Source: Vicugna vicugna (Eukaryota). Taken from it: a stretch of DNA of 64,000 nt. Positions 37,571 to 50,623 of the stretch are shown here, piece after piece. A program made the translations under genes and the position numbers. The DNA lies in assembly GCA_013265495.1 (NCBI GenBank), contig MU058584.1, positions 7,158,407-7,222,406 of the forward strand, read 5' to 3'. How positions within the stretch are numbered: the first letter of the stretch is position 1; every line of letters starts with the position of its first letter. The notes beneath the pieces are model-generated. The model did no database searches. It was given only the letters and a program-made list of their open reading frames with translations, and was not told the DNA's origin.

Positions 37571-38039
37571 TGTTCTGGAAGGTGGGACGTGATAACAGAA
37601 ATCATGCACTTGGTAGACCGAGACAGGCGTGAGAGCCCTAATTGGGCCCATATTTTCAGGATTCCATGCAATGTTCTGGCTGAAAGGCAATTACAAAATA
37701 TCCTTTTAAAGGTTTTCAGATAACAGAGCTTCCGCCCCCAGCTCATCCTTGAATTAACAACCCTACTGGAAGAATGACTCCTTTAGTGGTGCAACTTAGA
37801 TATCTCCTCCTAGTGAAGAAACTGCTTTTCTGCCACTGTGCATCCCTGTGGAGCTGGCAGCACCTGTGACTTTTACTGATAAATGAATCTTTTATCAAAT
37901 AATTGTTGCGGGTTTACTGACTTGCAGGAGCTGTGCTCAGCGCTTAAGCCACAAGAGCGTTAAGATTTAAAGCCTGGGCACTTTCCAGAAGTGGAAAGTG
38001 TTAAGTACAATAATAGTAGGAAGTAGGGAAGGAAAAAGG

Positions 38040-38290
38040 ATAGGAAATGAACATTCAAGGAGGAACCTTTAAGAGCCAAGCCTTATGTTGGGTGCTGTGT
38101 ACGTGTGTTGGTTTAATCACTGAGTTCTCATAATAAACTTCGAGGTAAGTGGTGGTACACGAACTCTACACATGAGGAAACTTGAGGTTCTGAGAGCCAG
38201 GTTCTTGCTGAAGATCATACATCTAGTAAGTGGTCACATGGGAATTTAACTTAGGCCCATCTAGCTCCAAAGTTTATCCACTTGTCATTG
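38040..38290 (-). mobile_element. MIR SINE relic (others at ~13280-13490, 40000-40200, 40390-40620, 44570-44760)
   Basis: Core motif atgaggaaact...gagg or its complement (tttcctcatct). Confidence 0.65.
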
Positions 38291-38816
38291 TACCATGCTT
38301 TTCCAGAGACAGTGACATCGGGGAAGAATTTTGAAGGATCAATGGGAGATTGTTGTACAGAGAGGGAGACAACAATCTGTGTTTTAAGTTTGGTTTCAGC
38401 AAATAGGATATCATGAGTTGGAGCCGAAGGCATGAGTGGAATAGGGTTATGCCATACCTAGGTTTTCAACAGTAAAACAAATAGATTTCAGCTGTAACTA
38501 CTGTTTTTGGATTCTGTGACTTCTATCAATTCTTGTGTAATAAATCCTTGATTCAGAGAAAAGAACAATCCCGGTTAGTCTGCTTCTGCATAACTTGCCT
38601 TGTTATAGCTGAGTGTGGTGTGTCAGTAGTGAGTTTCTTTAACACGTGGTGTTTCAAAATGGAGCCTAGAATCAGCTCTGTAATGGTGCTCTTCCCTGAC
38701 AGTAGCATCTCCACCTTCTGAAGACATGCAACATCCAAGACAAGACATGATCCATTGGAGTACCTGAAGGTTGTTCCTTTGCCTCGATCACTTCCATCTT
38801 GGTTTTTCTCCCCTAG

Positions 38817-39576
38817 GTGCTGGTGATTGGGTGTGGTAACTCAGAGCTAAGCGAGCAGCTGTACGATGTGGGCTATCAGGATATAGTGAACATTGACATC
38901 AGTGAGGTCGTCATCAAGCAAATGAAGGAACGCAATGCCGGCCGACGGCCCCAGATGAGCTTCTTGAAGATGGACATGACACAGATGGAGTTTCCCGATG
39001 CCTCCTTCCAGGTGGTGTTGGACAAAGGCACCCTGGACGCTGTCCTGACAGATGAGGACGAGAAGACCCTGCAGCAGGTGGACAGGATGCTGGCTGAGGT
39101 TGGCCGTGTCCTGCAGGTGGGCGGTCGCTACCTCTGCATCTCCCTGGCTCAGGCTCACGTCCTGAAGAAAGCAGTGGGTCACTTCTCTCGGGAGGGGTGG
39201 ATGGTGAGGGTGCACCAGGTGGCCAACAGCCAGGACCAGGTGTTGGAAGCAGAGCCTCGGTTCTCCCTGCCTGTCTTTGCCTTCATCATGACCAAGTTCA
39301 GGCCAGTCCCTGGCTCTGCCCTTCCGATCTTTGAGCTGTGTGCTCAGGAGCAGGGCAAGCCTGTGCGGCTGGAGAGTGCCGAGCGGCTGGCTGAGGCGGT
39401 GCGGGAGCGGCAGCAGTATGCCTGGCTGTGCAGCCAGCTGTACCGCAAGGCCGGGCTGGGGAGTGTGTCTCTGGACTTGTGCAATGGGGACACGGGGGAG
39501 CCACGCTACACCCTCCACGTGGTGGACAGCCCCGCTGTGAAACCATCGCGGGACAGTCATTTTGCCATTTTCATCA
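38817..39576 (+). CDS. METTL13: METTL13 exon 2 (N-terminal seven-beta-strand methyltransferase domain)
   Basis: 760 nt; motif I VLVIGCGNS and DKGTLDA motif; ccctag| acceptor, |GTGAGT donor. Confidence 0.97.
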
Positions 39577-40883
39577 GTGAGTTGGGTTGCTCCCTCTCTT
39601 CCCTGGAGGGGCTGGCTTACAGGGGCTGGGGCTGGGGCTTTGGTGGATGGGCATACCTTGGCTGGTTTTATCTCACAGGGGGAGGCACTTCAAGAGGCTA
39701 GACTGGCCAAGGCACGAGGAAGGGGAAGTAGCAGCTACCCAGCTGCCTGCTTGGATTGGAGGCTAATTTTTTCCCATCTTCCACTGCAAAGGCTGGATGA
39801 AGTGGGAGAATGGGGTTGGTAGGGAGGTGGGAGAAGTAATACAGATACATTTCAGCAGGTCACCCGTTGTAGAGAGGCCAGTTACTTTGTAACCTGGAGT
39901 CGTGTGAGGCCATGGGGTCCCAGCCCTGTAGCCTGTGAGCTAGGGACCTGGGGAAGCTTCTGTGCTTCTCTGCTGAATTGAGACAGTCCAGAGGAGTAGC
40001 TAAAAAAGTGAGCTCTAGACCCAGACTGTTTGGGCTCCAGTCCTGGCTCAGTCCCTTCCTGGTAGTGTGACATTACTTTTCTTTCTGTGCCTTGATTTCC
40101 TCATCTCTAAAGTGAGATCACAGTTATGTTGCTGTGAGACGTATAAAAGCTTTTTGTATGGTGCCTGGCATGTGGTAAGTCTTACAAATGTTAGTGTTAT
40201 TATTGAAAGGAGTAAATGACACCAGATTTACCTTGGTAACCATCAAAAAAGAGAGTATGAGGAAAAGCTTTCAAAAGTCGAATATTCTAGACAAATGTGA
40301 GGTGTTGCTATGTCGTGCTGGTAATTTGTTCCTGACATCAAATCCATTTTCCCCAGTATTCCCTTCCCCAACTGTCCGCCTGTGGGAACACATAGCACAG
40401 TGGATATGAGCATGGAGTCTGGGGCTGGACTGCCTGGCTTCGCCAGTTACTAGCTGTGTGAACTTGGGCAAATAATATAACTTGTATGTCTTAACATCAT
40501 CATTTATAAAATCGGAATAATATTCCCTGCATCTTCGGCTACTGTAAGAACATGATTAGTTTCAGTTGGTAAACTGGTTGGAATAATGTCTGGCATGTAA
40601 TAAGTGTTACCATTATTGCTATTTTTCTTGTACTAGGTACCTGCCCCACTCCCCTTACATACATGCTCACACTGCCTTTCCAGTCGGGGTCCTGCCATGG
40701 GTCTGATTGATGGCAGCTTTGCTCTGGGCATTGTGTGCTAGGAAATTAACCGCCCCTCTGTAGGTCCCAGCTGGAAGGGATGCTGGGCCTGGGCAGGGGC
40801 TGGCCCTCTACCACGTGGGGCGTATTGGTCGTGGGCTTGAACACTTTTCCTGGCATTCTCAGTCAACAAGTGCCTCTTTCCAG

Positions 40884-41083
40884 TCCCCCAGGGTCGGGAG
40901 ACCGAGTGGCTCTTCGGCATGGAGGAGGGCCGGAAGCAGCTGGCAGCCAGCGCTGGCTTCAGGAGGCTGGTCACGGTGGCCCTTCACCGAGGTCAGCAGT
41001 ACGAAAGCATGGACAGCATCCAGGCTGAGCTGTCGGCCAGAGTCATGGAGCTGGCCCCGGCCGGGATGCCTGCCCAGCAGCAG
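40884..41083 (+). CDS. METTL13: METTL13 exon 3
   Basis: 200 nt; [20 protein letters not shown]...PAQQQ; canonical sites. Confidence 0.96.
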
Positions 41084-42502
41084 GTAATGAAGCTTTGGCC
41101 GCAGCTTTCACGGTCTCTGCAGAAGTCATGCGAGCAGCCAGGAAGACAGAGGATGTCTAGGGTCCGTGAACCTAGCCTGTTCCCGGAGGCACATCAGCAG
41201 CTAAGAGCTGTGTGGTCAGAAATGACGTTCCCTTGCCCCAGGCAGGGAGAGGAAGGTGGGCGGCTGCCTTCATTGAGACCCACGGTAGCATCTGTGTCTC
41301 TGGGGCCCCCAGATGGCATGAAGGAAACGCTCTCCACCACGCAAGCTCCAGCTTCACGCTGCTGATTACTCAGACCGTGCTTCTCCTAACTCACTTTGCA
41401 CAGGTCTTCCTTGGCCATTTTGTTTCTTAGAACCCTCCTTATCTAAGGTAGAATGAGAAAGGCTCAAAACAACTCAGCATAATTTTCAGGATATTAACGT
41501 TCCTGGTCTGATGTTTCACTGGGAAGGAAACAAAGTTTTAGCCCAAACAGTGATACGCTATGATCAGTTGACACCATCTGTCTTGTGCTGTCTGGTCACA
41601 AGACAGGGTAATTGACAGGTGACTTTATTGCAAGGACTTTATAGAAAGGAGTTTATCCTTCTTGATAGATGGGCAAGCTCAGGTACCTGGGGGCTTGGTG
41701 CTGTAATAACATCTGAAAAGAAGAACTCAGGCCAGAGGGCTCCCAGCCGGCTGTTCTGCCCACTACACTGACTGGTGCTTACAGATAAATGTGTGTTTGA
41801 TTCTTCCTGGAAGACTCTGGGGTTGGTGTCCATCAGAGAAACCCAAATCCTGTGGGGAGGCTTGTTTGTGGCCTTCTCTGAACAGGGCCTATGTCTCTGC
41901 AAAGTCAGGAGTCCCTGGTGGTTACTAAATACTCTGCAGGTCTTTAAAAAGAAACAGATGTAAAGATGAGAAGGGAAATGGAAATGTAAAGATGAGAAGG
42001 GAAATGGAAAAGTTCGGGGGGGAAATGTATTTTTTCTCCTGTTTAGAAGAATGCAGAAAAAAGATGAGAATAACTGGGGGAAGGGAGAAATTTCTCCAGA
42101 TTTAGAGTGGTTGCTTTCCCCCTGGATTTTATCTTTCTCCCTGTTCAGAGTCCTTCTTTCGTGATTCTGGTCCCTTCCTGAGGGTTCCCTCCAGCTTTCA
42201 TCACCCTGGGCTGGTGAAACTCCTTTTAAGGATTACTGTTGAGGAAGTCATAGTTGTCTTTGGGAGAACCAACTGCGTTTCACTAATGGTTTGGGGGTTT
42301 TTATTTTGTTCAGTTGGTTTTCAGAAGGGTGAATTAACCCTTCTGAGGTGTATTCACCTTAACAGAGTGGCCAACTTTGGAGTTGCTGCTGCGCAGAAAT
42401 TTGGCAGGGGGATTCCTCACATGCCCACAAAGGGGAGGGGTTATCATTTCTCGTATTTCTTAATTGAGCTGGTGTTTGACCCCGTGTCCACCATTCCTGC
42501 AG

Positions 42503-42698
42503 GTGCCTTTTCTGTCTGTGGGTGGGGACATCGGGGTCCGGACTGTTCAGCACCAAGACTGCAGCCCTTTGAGTGGTGACTATGTGATCGAGGACGTGCA
42601 GGGGGACGACAAGCGCTACTTTCGGCGGCTGATCTTCCTCAGCAACCGGAACGTGGTGCAGTCAGAAGCCAGGCTGCTGCAGGATGCATCTCACAGAG
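42503..42698 (+). CDS. METTL13: METTL13 exon 4
   Basis: 196 nt; VPFLSVGGDIGVR...DASHR; canonical sites. Confidence 0.96.
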
Positions 42699-43175
42699 GT
42701 GAGCGCCAGGGCACGTGGACCCTGGTGGGGGCCCATGTGGGCGGGGCGTGGGCAGATGGGGTGGTCAGAAAGCCCCGGGAGCTCGGGGAGCTGTAGGACA
42801 GACCTGGATACCTGCAACAGGAGGCACGTGGCCCTGCAGGTCGTCCTCTTAACCATCTGGCCCCTGAGGGTGTGAGTGGTGATAAGCGGAAGAGAGGTGG
42901 ATGCTGTGTTCTTGAGCAGAGCCTGGCTCTGCAATGATAAGGGCAGGGGTAATGGTTTATCAAATACATGTGATAATCACTTTCGTGCCTTCAGTTTAGA
43001 GGCCACCAATGGTACAGGGTGCTCCATATACATCTGTATATTAATTCACTAGGCCTCTGCGAGCTGAGCCAGAAACCCAGACGATGCAGGTGAGCCCTGC
43101 CCTCCATGGTGCCACCTACAAGCACGTGTTTCAGAGGGTTTTAGAGTTGGTGGGTGCCTTAAGGGTCATCTAGTC

Positions 43176-43675
43176 CGTGCTGCCCAGTAGGGCTTTCTGC
43201 AGTGAAGGAGATGTTTACTGTCCAGTTGGCTATCCAGTATGGTAGCCACTGACCACCTCCTGAACGTGGCTGGTGTAGCTAAGAAACTGGATCTTTAATT
43301 TTATTTCTTTAATACAGTGCCTTTTTTCAGAGGTATTATTTTTTATTTCTTTTTCTAATGTAATGCCTTTTTTTCAGGATTCTTATTTTTTATTTCTTTT
43401 TAATGTAGTGCTTTTTTCAGTTTCTTTTTTTCTAATGTAGCACTTTTATATTTTAGAGTGACCTTTTTTTATTGACGTATAGTCAGTTTACAACATTGTA
43501 TCCTTGTACTCCTTCTGGTGTACAATGTAATGTTTCAGCCATCCACATACATACATATACTCCTTTTCATACTCTTTTTCAATAGGTTACTATAAGATAA
43601 TAAATATAGTTCCCTGTGTTTAATTTTATTTGATTCTGGTTAACTTACATTTAACTTTATCCAGTGGCTACAGGG
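43176..43675 (+). mobile_element. MER3-like hAT element split by a minus-strand L1 3' fragment (43307-43618)
   Basis: The host resumes after a 13-bp TSD tttaattttattt (43294-43306 and 43619-43631). Confidence 0.75.
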
Positions 43676-45221
43676 GTGGCCAGGGTGGGTCTCGACCACG
43701 TTCTCCAGGATCCCCTTTAAGTGGTCTCCCAGGTGCTGCTCAGAAACTCCTGCTGATGGGGAGAGCAGCAGTTGTTTTCTCTGAGGTGGGGGGTATGTTT
43801 GTATTACAACAGCAATACTTGCTCGTTGTAATCAAGTCACAGACCAAGTGTACGGAGTGAAGAGTGCATGCTCCCCCCCCACTTCTCCCCTTTGGAGGCA
43901 CAGAGACTCAGGCTTGGAATCTGAAATCAGGTCTCCTGATTCCTGGTCGTTTCCTTTGCCTGATCATGCTGTCTTGTTGGCAGGGCCACCTGGAAGGAGG
44001 GTGAGAGAGGGAATTCAGAAACCTGTGAGGTCATGGGTTACTCTGGCAGGACGGCTTTCTCTGAGGGTGTCCCTTGGTCAGGTGCACCCGTGTTTGTTGG
44101 GCTCGTGTGCTGTCTGTCATTTGGTCATTCTGACTACAGTTTGGTTCAGTTTCATCTCACTGAAAGCTCAGTAAAATTGCTTAAAAGAACATTTTGCCCT
44201 CCAGTTGGGGTTTTTGTTTTTATTTTTCACTGTTGTCGATTTCCTAGCCTTAGTATCACTCAGTTGTCATGGGCATGATCTTCCTCATGGAAGTATTGGT
44301 GAGCAAGAAGGAGGATGTGTTAAAAGGTGGTTTGGCACCTCTGAAAGGTACACTGTCTCTCACGCATCAGTGCCCAGTGCTGCTGTGGTGTGCAGCTGGC
44401 CCCCAGGAAAACCCAGAACCTTCCGCTTACTGTGTCCTGGGGCAGTTGAGGAAGTAGGTAGAGGGAAAGTAGTGGGGCCTTTTGTAGGAGTCTCCCCCTT
44501 CTGTGAACATCTGGGATTTCCTCGTCCAGTCAGGTGGTTCTGTATTCCTGTCTGTGGGATACAGTAGGCAGGTGCTGGGTGTTGGAGACAGGGAGTCCCA
44601 GGTTCAGATCCTGGCTGCACTGCTGACTAATTCTGGGTCTAATTAATTATTAACCCTTTAGGGCCTCAGGTTTTCCATCTACCAAGAATTGGAATAAGAG
44701 GGTTGTTATAAGGTTGTTGTAAGAGTAAAATTCCTAGTACAATAATTGGCATAGAAGAGGAAATTAGTAGCTTTAAGTCCCTTTTCCCTAAAAGAATTTA
44801 TGAATAAAATTCTCTCCTGTTTGTGGCCTGACATTTCTCTGAGGAGAAGTACTAGTACTCCTCACGTGAGTTTCCCCAGTGTTTTGAGTTTTGGGATATT
44901 TCTTTACCATTTTCCTTTTCTGACTCTGGTATCCAGTGGTGTGTGTTAGATGTTTAACAACCTTCTCTTTGAGGGGAAAAAAACACCGTGGTATGTACCG
45001 TGGTATGTACCGTTTGCCAATACAGTCCCCATAAAAATGGCCACCGTGGCCATATTTCAAGCTCCCAGCATGTCAACCCGTTCACAAAATTCCCACATAT
45101 TTAACAGTTGGGTTCTGGAGTCTCATCAAGCCGGCTGCGGCACGCTGCTGCCGGTGTGCCTAACCGTCCGAGGACGGGCGTGCCACGCGGACGACTTCAT
45201 TCATCTCTGTCTCTGATCCAG

Positions 45222-45389
45222 CCCAGAAGAAACGGAAAAAGGACAGGAAGAAGCAGCAGCCTGCAGATAACCCAGAGGACCTCCCTGCAGCCCCGGGGCA
45301 GTCCATTGATAAGAGTTACCTGTGCTGTGAGCACCACAAAGCCATGATCGCCGGCCTGGCCCTGCTGAGAAACCCAGAGCGGCTCCTAG
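45222..45389 (+). CDS. METTL13: METTL13 exon 5
   Basis: 168 nt; AQKKRKKDRKK (basic cluster)...YLCCEHHKAMIAGLALLRNPERLL; phase 1 at both ends. Confidence 0.96.
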
Positions 45390-46663
45390 GTGAGTGGGTC
45401 GCCGCTGCCTCCCCCGGGAGGGGCCCTGTAAGATTCCACACTTGATCCGTGTCAGCCGCCTTGCAGTTTAGGAACCGTAATTATAGACCGACAGCTGCAC
45501 ATACATTCATATCTTCCTTATTCCCAGCTATCTTCTGAGTTTGTGAACTTCCAAATAACTTCTCCCTTAGGTTCAAGTTGTAATCTTGAAATGGCTGACA
45601 TGTGCTGATGTCTAAAATTTTCTTTTCTATTCATTTATTTAAAAAAAATAAAATACATTCGGTGAGATCTGTAAAGTACACACATCTTAAGTTGTTCAGC
45701 CTGATGAAGTTTTACACATGCTTGTACCCAAGTAAGCAGATGGAACATTCAAAAATCGCATCTCTGGGGAAATACCTTTGCACTTGGGGGAATTTCTGGC
45801 TTTTCGGTAATGCATTATTTGAGTACCAGACGCAGTTCTATCTTGAATTTCTACTTAAAAAAATGAAACGCATAGTATAGGTAAAGGAGTCATAGCCTTA
45901 TCAGCAGTAACAGGTTTGTGTCTGACCGCAGGAGCAAAAATGTTCATGTTTCTGTCCGCTCTTGTAACTGCCTTCACCCGAAGTCCCTGACTGTGTCTTA
46001 CTGAGACACCCTGTCCTTTTGGCCTGTCTCGGCATTGATGTATGTCCCTGGAATCTCAGTTCTTACCTTGACTCCTCAGGGTCTGTCTCCTTTTGGTGAT
46101 TCTTTCTTGTTTCTTGTCTCCTTTCCATCCCTCTGTGGTTGCTGTGGTTTCTCTGTGCTTGGGTCTAGGATTTGGGCCTTTGTTTTCCTGTGATTTCTGG
46201 AACGTGGATGGATTGCCCTCACTTGGCTGATGTGTCTGAGAAGGCAGTTGTGGCCTTTGACTTGCAAGCTGGGCAGAGGGCCTCATGTCTACACTGTCCT
46301 GTGATCACGGGGAAGATGTTGGCTGTTGTCCCTCCCGTTTCTTTGGGGGGGGTCTCATAATGGTCAGCGGGGGATTATTGCTCAGATGTCAGCTGAGTGC
46401 TGTGGCTCTTTAAGGGGCCACGATAATAACACACTCGCTCGTATTCCGGAAATGGTAAAGGAAGGATTGTGAGGCTGAGGTTGAGTTTTCAGATGTTAAA
46501 TTGACTCCTGAGTTTCTAGAATGAGACAGGAAGGCCAGGTCTCTAAATCCTGTCTCCCCTGGGCAGAGCCAACCATCTGACTCCCTCTTTTACCCTCCCC
46601 AAGGCTGGTACAGAACTTCACAGTGAGCAGATGGTAGAAGGATGCTTCTCTCCTTTGTTACAG

Positions 46664-46879
46664 AGACCCCGCTGGCGTTGTTGGTGGTTGGCCTGGGCGG
46701 GGGCAGCCTCCCCCTCTTTGTCCACGATCATTTCCCAAAGTCCTGCATCGATGCTGTGGAGATTGACCCCTGCATGTTGGAAGTGGCCACCCGGTGGTTT
46801 GGCTTCTCCCAGAGTGACCGGATGAAGGTCCACATCGCAGATGGCCTGGACTACGTCACCAGCCTGGCGGGAGAAGAGG
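46664..46879 (+). CDS. METTL13: METTL13 exon 6 (C-terminal methyltransferase, motif I LVVGLGGG)
   Basis: 216 nt; ttacag| acceptor; donor G|GTGCTG is weak but is the GT that keeps phase with exon 7. Confidence 0.92.
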
Positions 46880-47327
46880 GTGCTGCTGCTGGGGCGTGGG
46901 TGGGGGTGCCGAGGGAGGATGGGTCCAGGGTTGTCGGGCCTGCACGCGCCTCTAGGATGCATCTCCAGGAGAGCGGCACAGCATTGTCCCCGCCTTTCAC
47001 CTGCGCTTTTGCTCATTCACTGTTGACATGTCTATTCAGTAGAGCGTCAGCCACACGCTCAGCACCGTGTTGGGGGCTGGGCTGTAGCAACACGTCAACA
47101 GACCGTCTCCTGCCCTAACGGTGCTAACAAACCAGTGGGCTCCTCCTCTGAATCTCTTCTGACCCCGTACCCTTGCCGTTTCCTCATCATCCGCAGAAAC
47201 CCAGGGTCTGTAGCTGAGTGAGGAAAAGGGGGAGACGTGTCGGGGGGGTGTTGGGAGGTATGCTGTATAAATCTTTCAGCTGGAGGGGAAGCCAGAAGTC
47301 ATGCAGGACAGCACTCATATCTAGATG

Positions 47328-47530
47328 AGTGGTTCTGAGCACCGGGGACTTCTGGCGATGTCTGCGGGCACTTTTTTGTCATAACCGCTAGGCAGGGGTG
47401 CTTCTAGCCCCTAGTGGGTAGCACCCAAGGATGCTGCTGAACGTCCTACAATGCACAGGACAGCCAACTGACAATAAAGCATTATCTGGCCCAAAATGTC
47501 AGTAGTGCTGAGGTAAAGAAACCCCAGTGC
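47328..47530 (+). mobile_element. MER20-like element
   Basis: gatgctgctgaacgtcctacaatgcacaggacagcc...ggcccaaaatgtcagtagtgctgagg. Confidence 0.8.
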
Positions 47531-49083
47531 AGATCTTAGTGGGGATTCCGATAGCCCGGCCACTGCTGGAATTAAGGCTCCATTTTGCTCTAATCATTTG
47601 TATCCCAGACTTGGTCAAAAGGCATCTTAATATTCTACGATAGTTTCCCTGATCCTCTTGCAGTTTTAGTATACAGGCTCCTGATGACTGATGCTTTCCA
47701 GAGCGTCAGTCCTTCAGGGAGAAGTCAGTTAGGTTGATTGAGTCCTATGTGAACTGGGGGAGCCCAGGCCACCTACTCTTCCTGGTCTGCTCATTTCATC
47801 ATAGATGCTCTGGTTCTCGCTGGATCAGAATGTCTTCCAGGAAGGGTGTAGCAATCCAGGATGCCTGGGGAGAGTATTTTGGTGCTGGGATGGACAGATG
47901 CTGCCTTAATTTAATTGTGTCCTGAGCTGAACTCTTATCAGAGTTTCATGGGTTCCCTCTCTGAGGCTGGGAGCAGTTTGGGGGCCCAGGCCCAAGATAG
48001 CAGATACACGTGAAGCACTTAAAATGGTGCCAGGCACATGGTAGGTAATCAGTCCGTGATGTCCTGTAGTTATTACCTCTTGAGCCAGTTGTGAACCACC
48101 CTGGCCGTCATCCTAACACCAACCTTGCAAATTATTAGAGGGCTCGGTGCTGTAAATGTGGGCCGTGGCTGTCCTTGGACTTGGATTAACCAACATGTTC
48201 TGTTCTCCAAGAAACCAAAATCAGATCTGTACTGTGAGCAGTGAAGGGCATGCTGCAGTCCAAAGTCAGTATCTATTAATCACTGAATAATCATTTGTAC
48301 CATCTCAGTTTGCTAAAAACAAGCCATTAGTGTTGCAGGCCCACCCCTTATAAAAGCTGTTTTCACAATATAGTGAGGAGTGGATCAGATTCGTCCTCAG
48401 TTCCTTCTCACGCATTGACTGAGATCATTTCTTTCTGGAGCCAGCTTTTGTTCAGTTCACTAGAGAAAAATACACTAACTTTAATTTGAGAACATTTTCT
48501 GCTAGGAGGGTGACATTTACTGTTTCCAGAGTTAAATTTAAGCCACCGTTTGTTGGGTCAGCCCTGAAAGGCAGAGGCAGTTGCGTTGTCTAGATCAACG
48601 ATTCTCAGCTCTGCATTTAGAATTACCTGGAGAGCCTAAGAAAACTACCAGAGGCTTCCCATCTCCCCTCCCGTCTGTTCCTCGCCACCCCAGGGTTTCT
48701 AACATAGTCAATCGGGAGCACAGCCCAGGTTCTCTGAGTATTTAGAATTTCTCATTTGACTCGAATGTTCTGACAGGATTGAAAATCACCGTTATGGATG
48801 AACTCTTAACTGAATAATATAATCATAGAGTAGATCCCAATAATGTGTGTCTGTGGAAGGGGCTTTTAAATGTGGAGGAAGAAGATGAGATTAAGGCCCC
48901 ATCGTAAACATGGGGTGCTCATGACGGTGACGTTAGTGCCCTTAGAGGCAAACTACCTCCTCTGTGTCATCGTTCCTGCTTAGCCGCCATGCCGACCACA
49001 GTTCACAGAGGAGACGTGGTGTAGGAATGTAAGTGGTGTCATTTTATCCAGCAAAGACAAACTTGTGTGCTTCTCGCTCCCAG

Positions 49084-49215
49084 CATGGCCTCACTACGAT
49101 GTCATCATGTTTGACGTGGACAGTAAGGACCCGACCCTGGGAATGAGTTGCCCACCCCCAGCGTTTGTGGACCAGCCTTTCCTGCAGAAGGTCAAAAGCA
49201 TCTTGACTCCTGAAG
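49084..49215 (+). CDS. METTL13: METTL13 exon 7
   Basis: 132 nt; AWPHYDVIMFDVDSKDPTLGMSCPPPAF...LTPE; canonical sites. Confidence 0.96.
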
Positions 49216-49269
49216 GTATGAGGAAAAGGAGATTGGGGAGGGAGGATGTATATGGGTCCTTTAGTGAAA

Positions 49270-49850
49270 ATTTTCTCTTTAATGTAAAATGCACATAAGA
49301 TTGTAGCTCGGTCAGTTTCCCCAAATTGATCATACCCATTTACCAGCACCAAACAACCTAACATTTCCAGCACCCAGAAGTCCACCTCTTGTCTCCTTTC
49401 AGTAACTGGTCCCCTTCTCAAGGAAAACCACTATCCTAACTACTACCAGCAAACTCCTTTTTGCCCATTTTTGTTCTTTATAAGAAAGGAATCGTATGGA
49501 AGATGCTCTATTTACTTTCACTCAGCGTCATGTTTGTGAGATTCACACGTAGCATTGTGTTGACCTTGTCCCTTTTTACTGCTAGGTGGTATCCTTGGGT
49601 GACTATACCACAATTTATTTTTCCATTCTGCTGTTGGCCTTTGGGTTGTTTCCTGTTTGGGTCTTTTATAGGAAGTGCTGCGTTCACATTCTAGTAGATG
49701 CCTTTTGGTGGAAAGTGTGTGCAGCCCTGTTGGGCACAGATGTGGGGCTGGAATTGCCAGATCACAGGTTATGCTTATGTTCAGTTTTCGTCGATGCTGC
49801 CACTAAGTTTTACAAAGTAGTGGTCGCATTTCACATCCGCACCAGCATGG
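49270..49850 (-). mobile_element. Old L1 (L1ME/MD-type) fragment
   Basis: Degenerate minus-strand L1 3' motifs (tcactcagcgtcatgtttgtgagattca). Confidence 0.6.
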
Positions 49851-50249
49851 TGACGCTGGCAGCCACTTGAATTTTGCTGCCTGCCCTGGGCTGGGCAGGA
49901 TGTTACTTCATCTTCATAGCAGCCTGTTTTCAGAGGAAGAAGTTGAGGTAGAGACTTGCCAAGGTGACACCAGATAACTCCAGGTCCTTGTGACTGGAAA
50001 GCTGGAGCTCTCAGCCCACACGTTCACAGCCTCCAGGATGTTCTGATTTGGTTAAGGTGCTGTGGTGAACTTGATTTAGAACCTTAGCTGTCAAGTGAAG
50101 GTGTGTGATGTTATGTCCAGAACGTAATCTCTCTGTGGAACTGGTACATTCTTACTAGCGGTACATTCTTTCTCAAAGCAATTCTTTGTGAGACTGAGGC
50201 ATGGAGAATGGTAAAATATGTTAGCACAGAAGAGCAAGAAATGAGCTTG

Positions 50250-50401
50250 GGGGGAGGACCCAGCTCAGTGGTAAATGCATGCTTAGCACGCACAAAGTCC
50301 TAGGTTCAATCCCCAGCACCTCCATTAAATAAATAAAGATGGATTAATTAATTAAAACCTAATTACCTCCCCCACCAAAGAAAAAGAAAGAAAATTTAAG
50401 A
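50250..50401 (+). mobile_element. Vic-1-like SINE with 14-bp TSD
   Basis: TSD aagaaatgagcttg at 50236-50249 and 50402-50415. Confidence 0.9.
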
Positions 50402-50623
50402 AAGAAATGAGCTTGAAGCTTTCTCCCGGTTCACACATCCCGTGCTTTTCTGGTCCTGCTTTTGTACGCCGCGTGTCCTCTGTGAACTCACTGCCGCGGT
50501 GGGTGTGCTCCTCAGTCCAGCAGCCTCCCTGGGGCAGGAACGGGTACATTCCTCAGAGCTGGACCTTGTCTCCGACTCGTCCCCCGATCCGCGGTCATTC
50601 TGACTCTTTCCTTCCCACTTCAG

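Noticed and set aside
38847..39560. 237-aa antisense ORF
   Set aside because: Shadow of GC3-rich METTL13 exon 2; confined to the exon and has no recognisable domain.
44985..45013. 12-bp tandem repeat accgtggtatgt x2.4
   Set aside because: Small slippage duplication with no evident function; not a CRISPR-like array.
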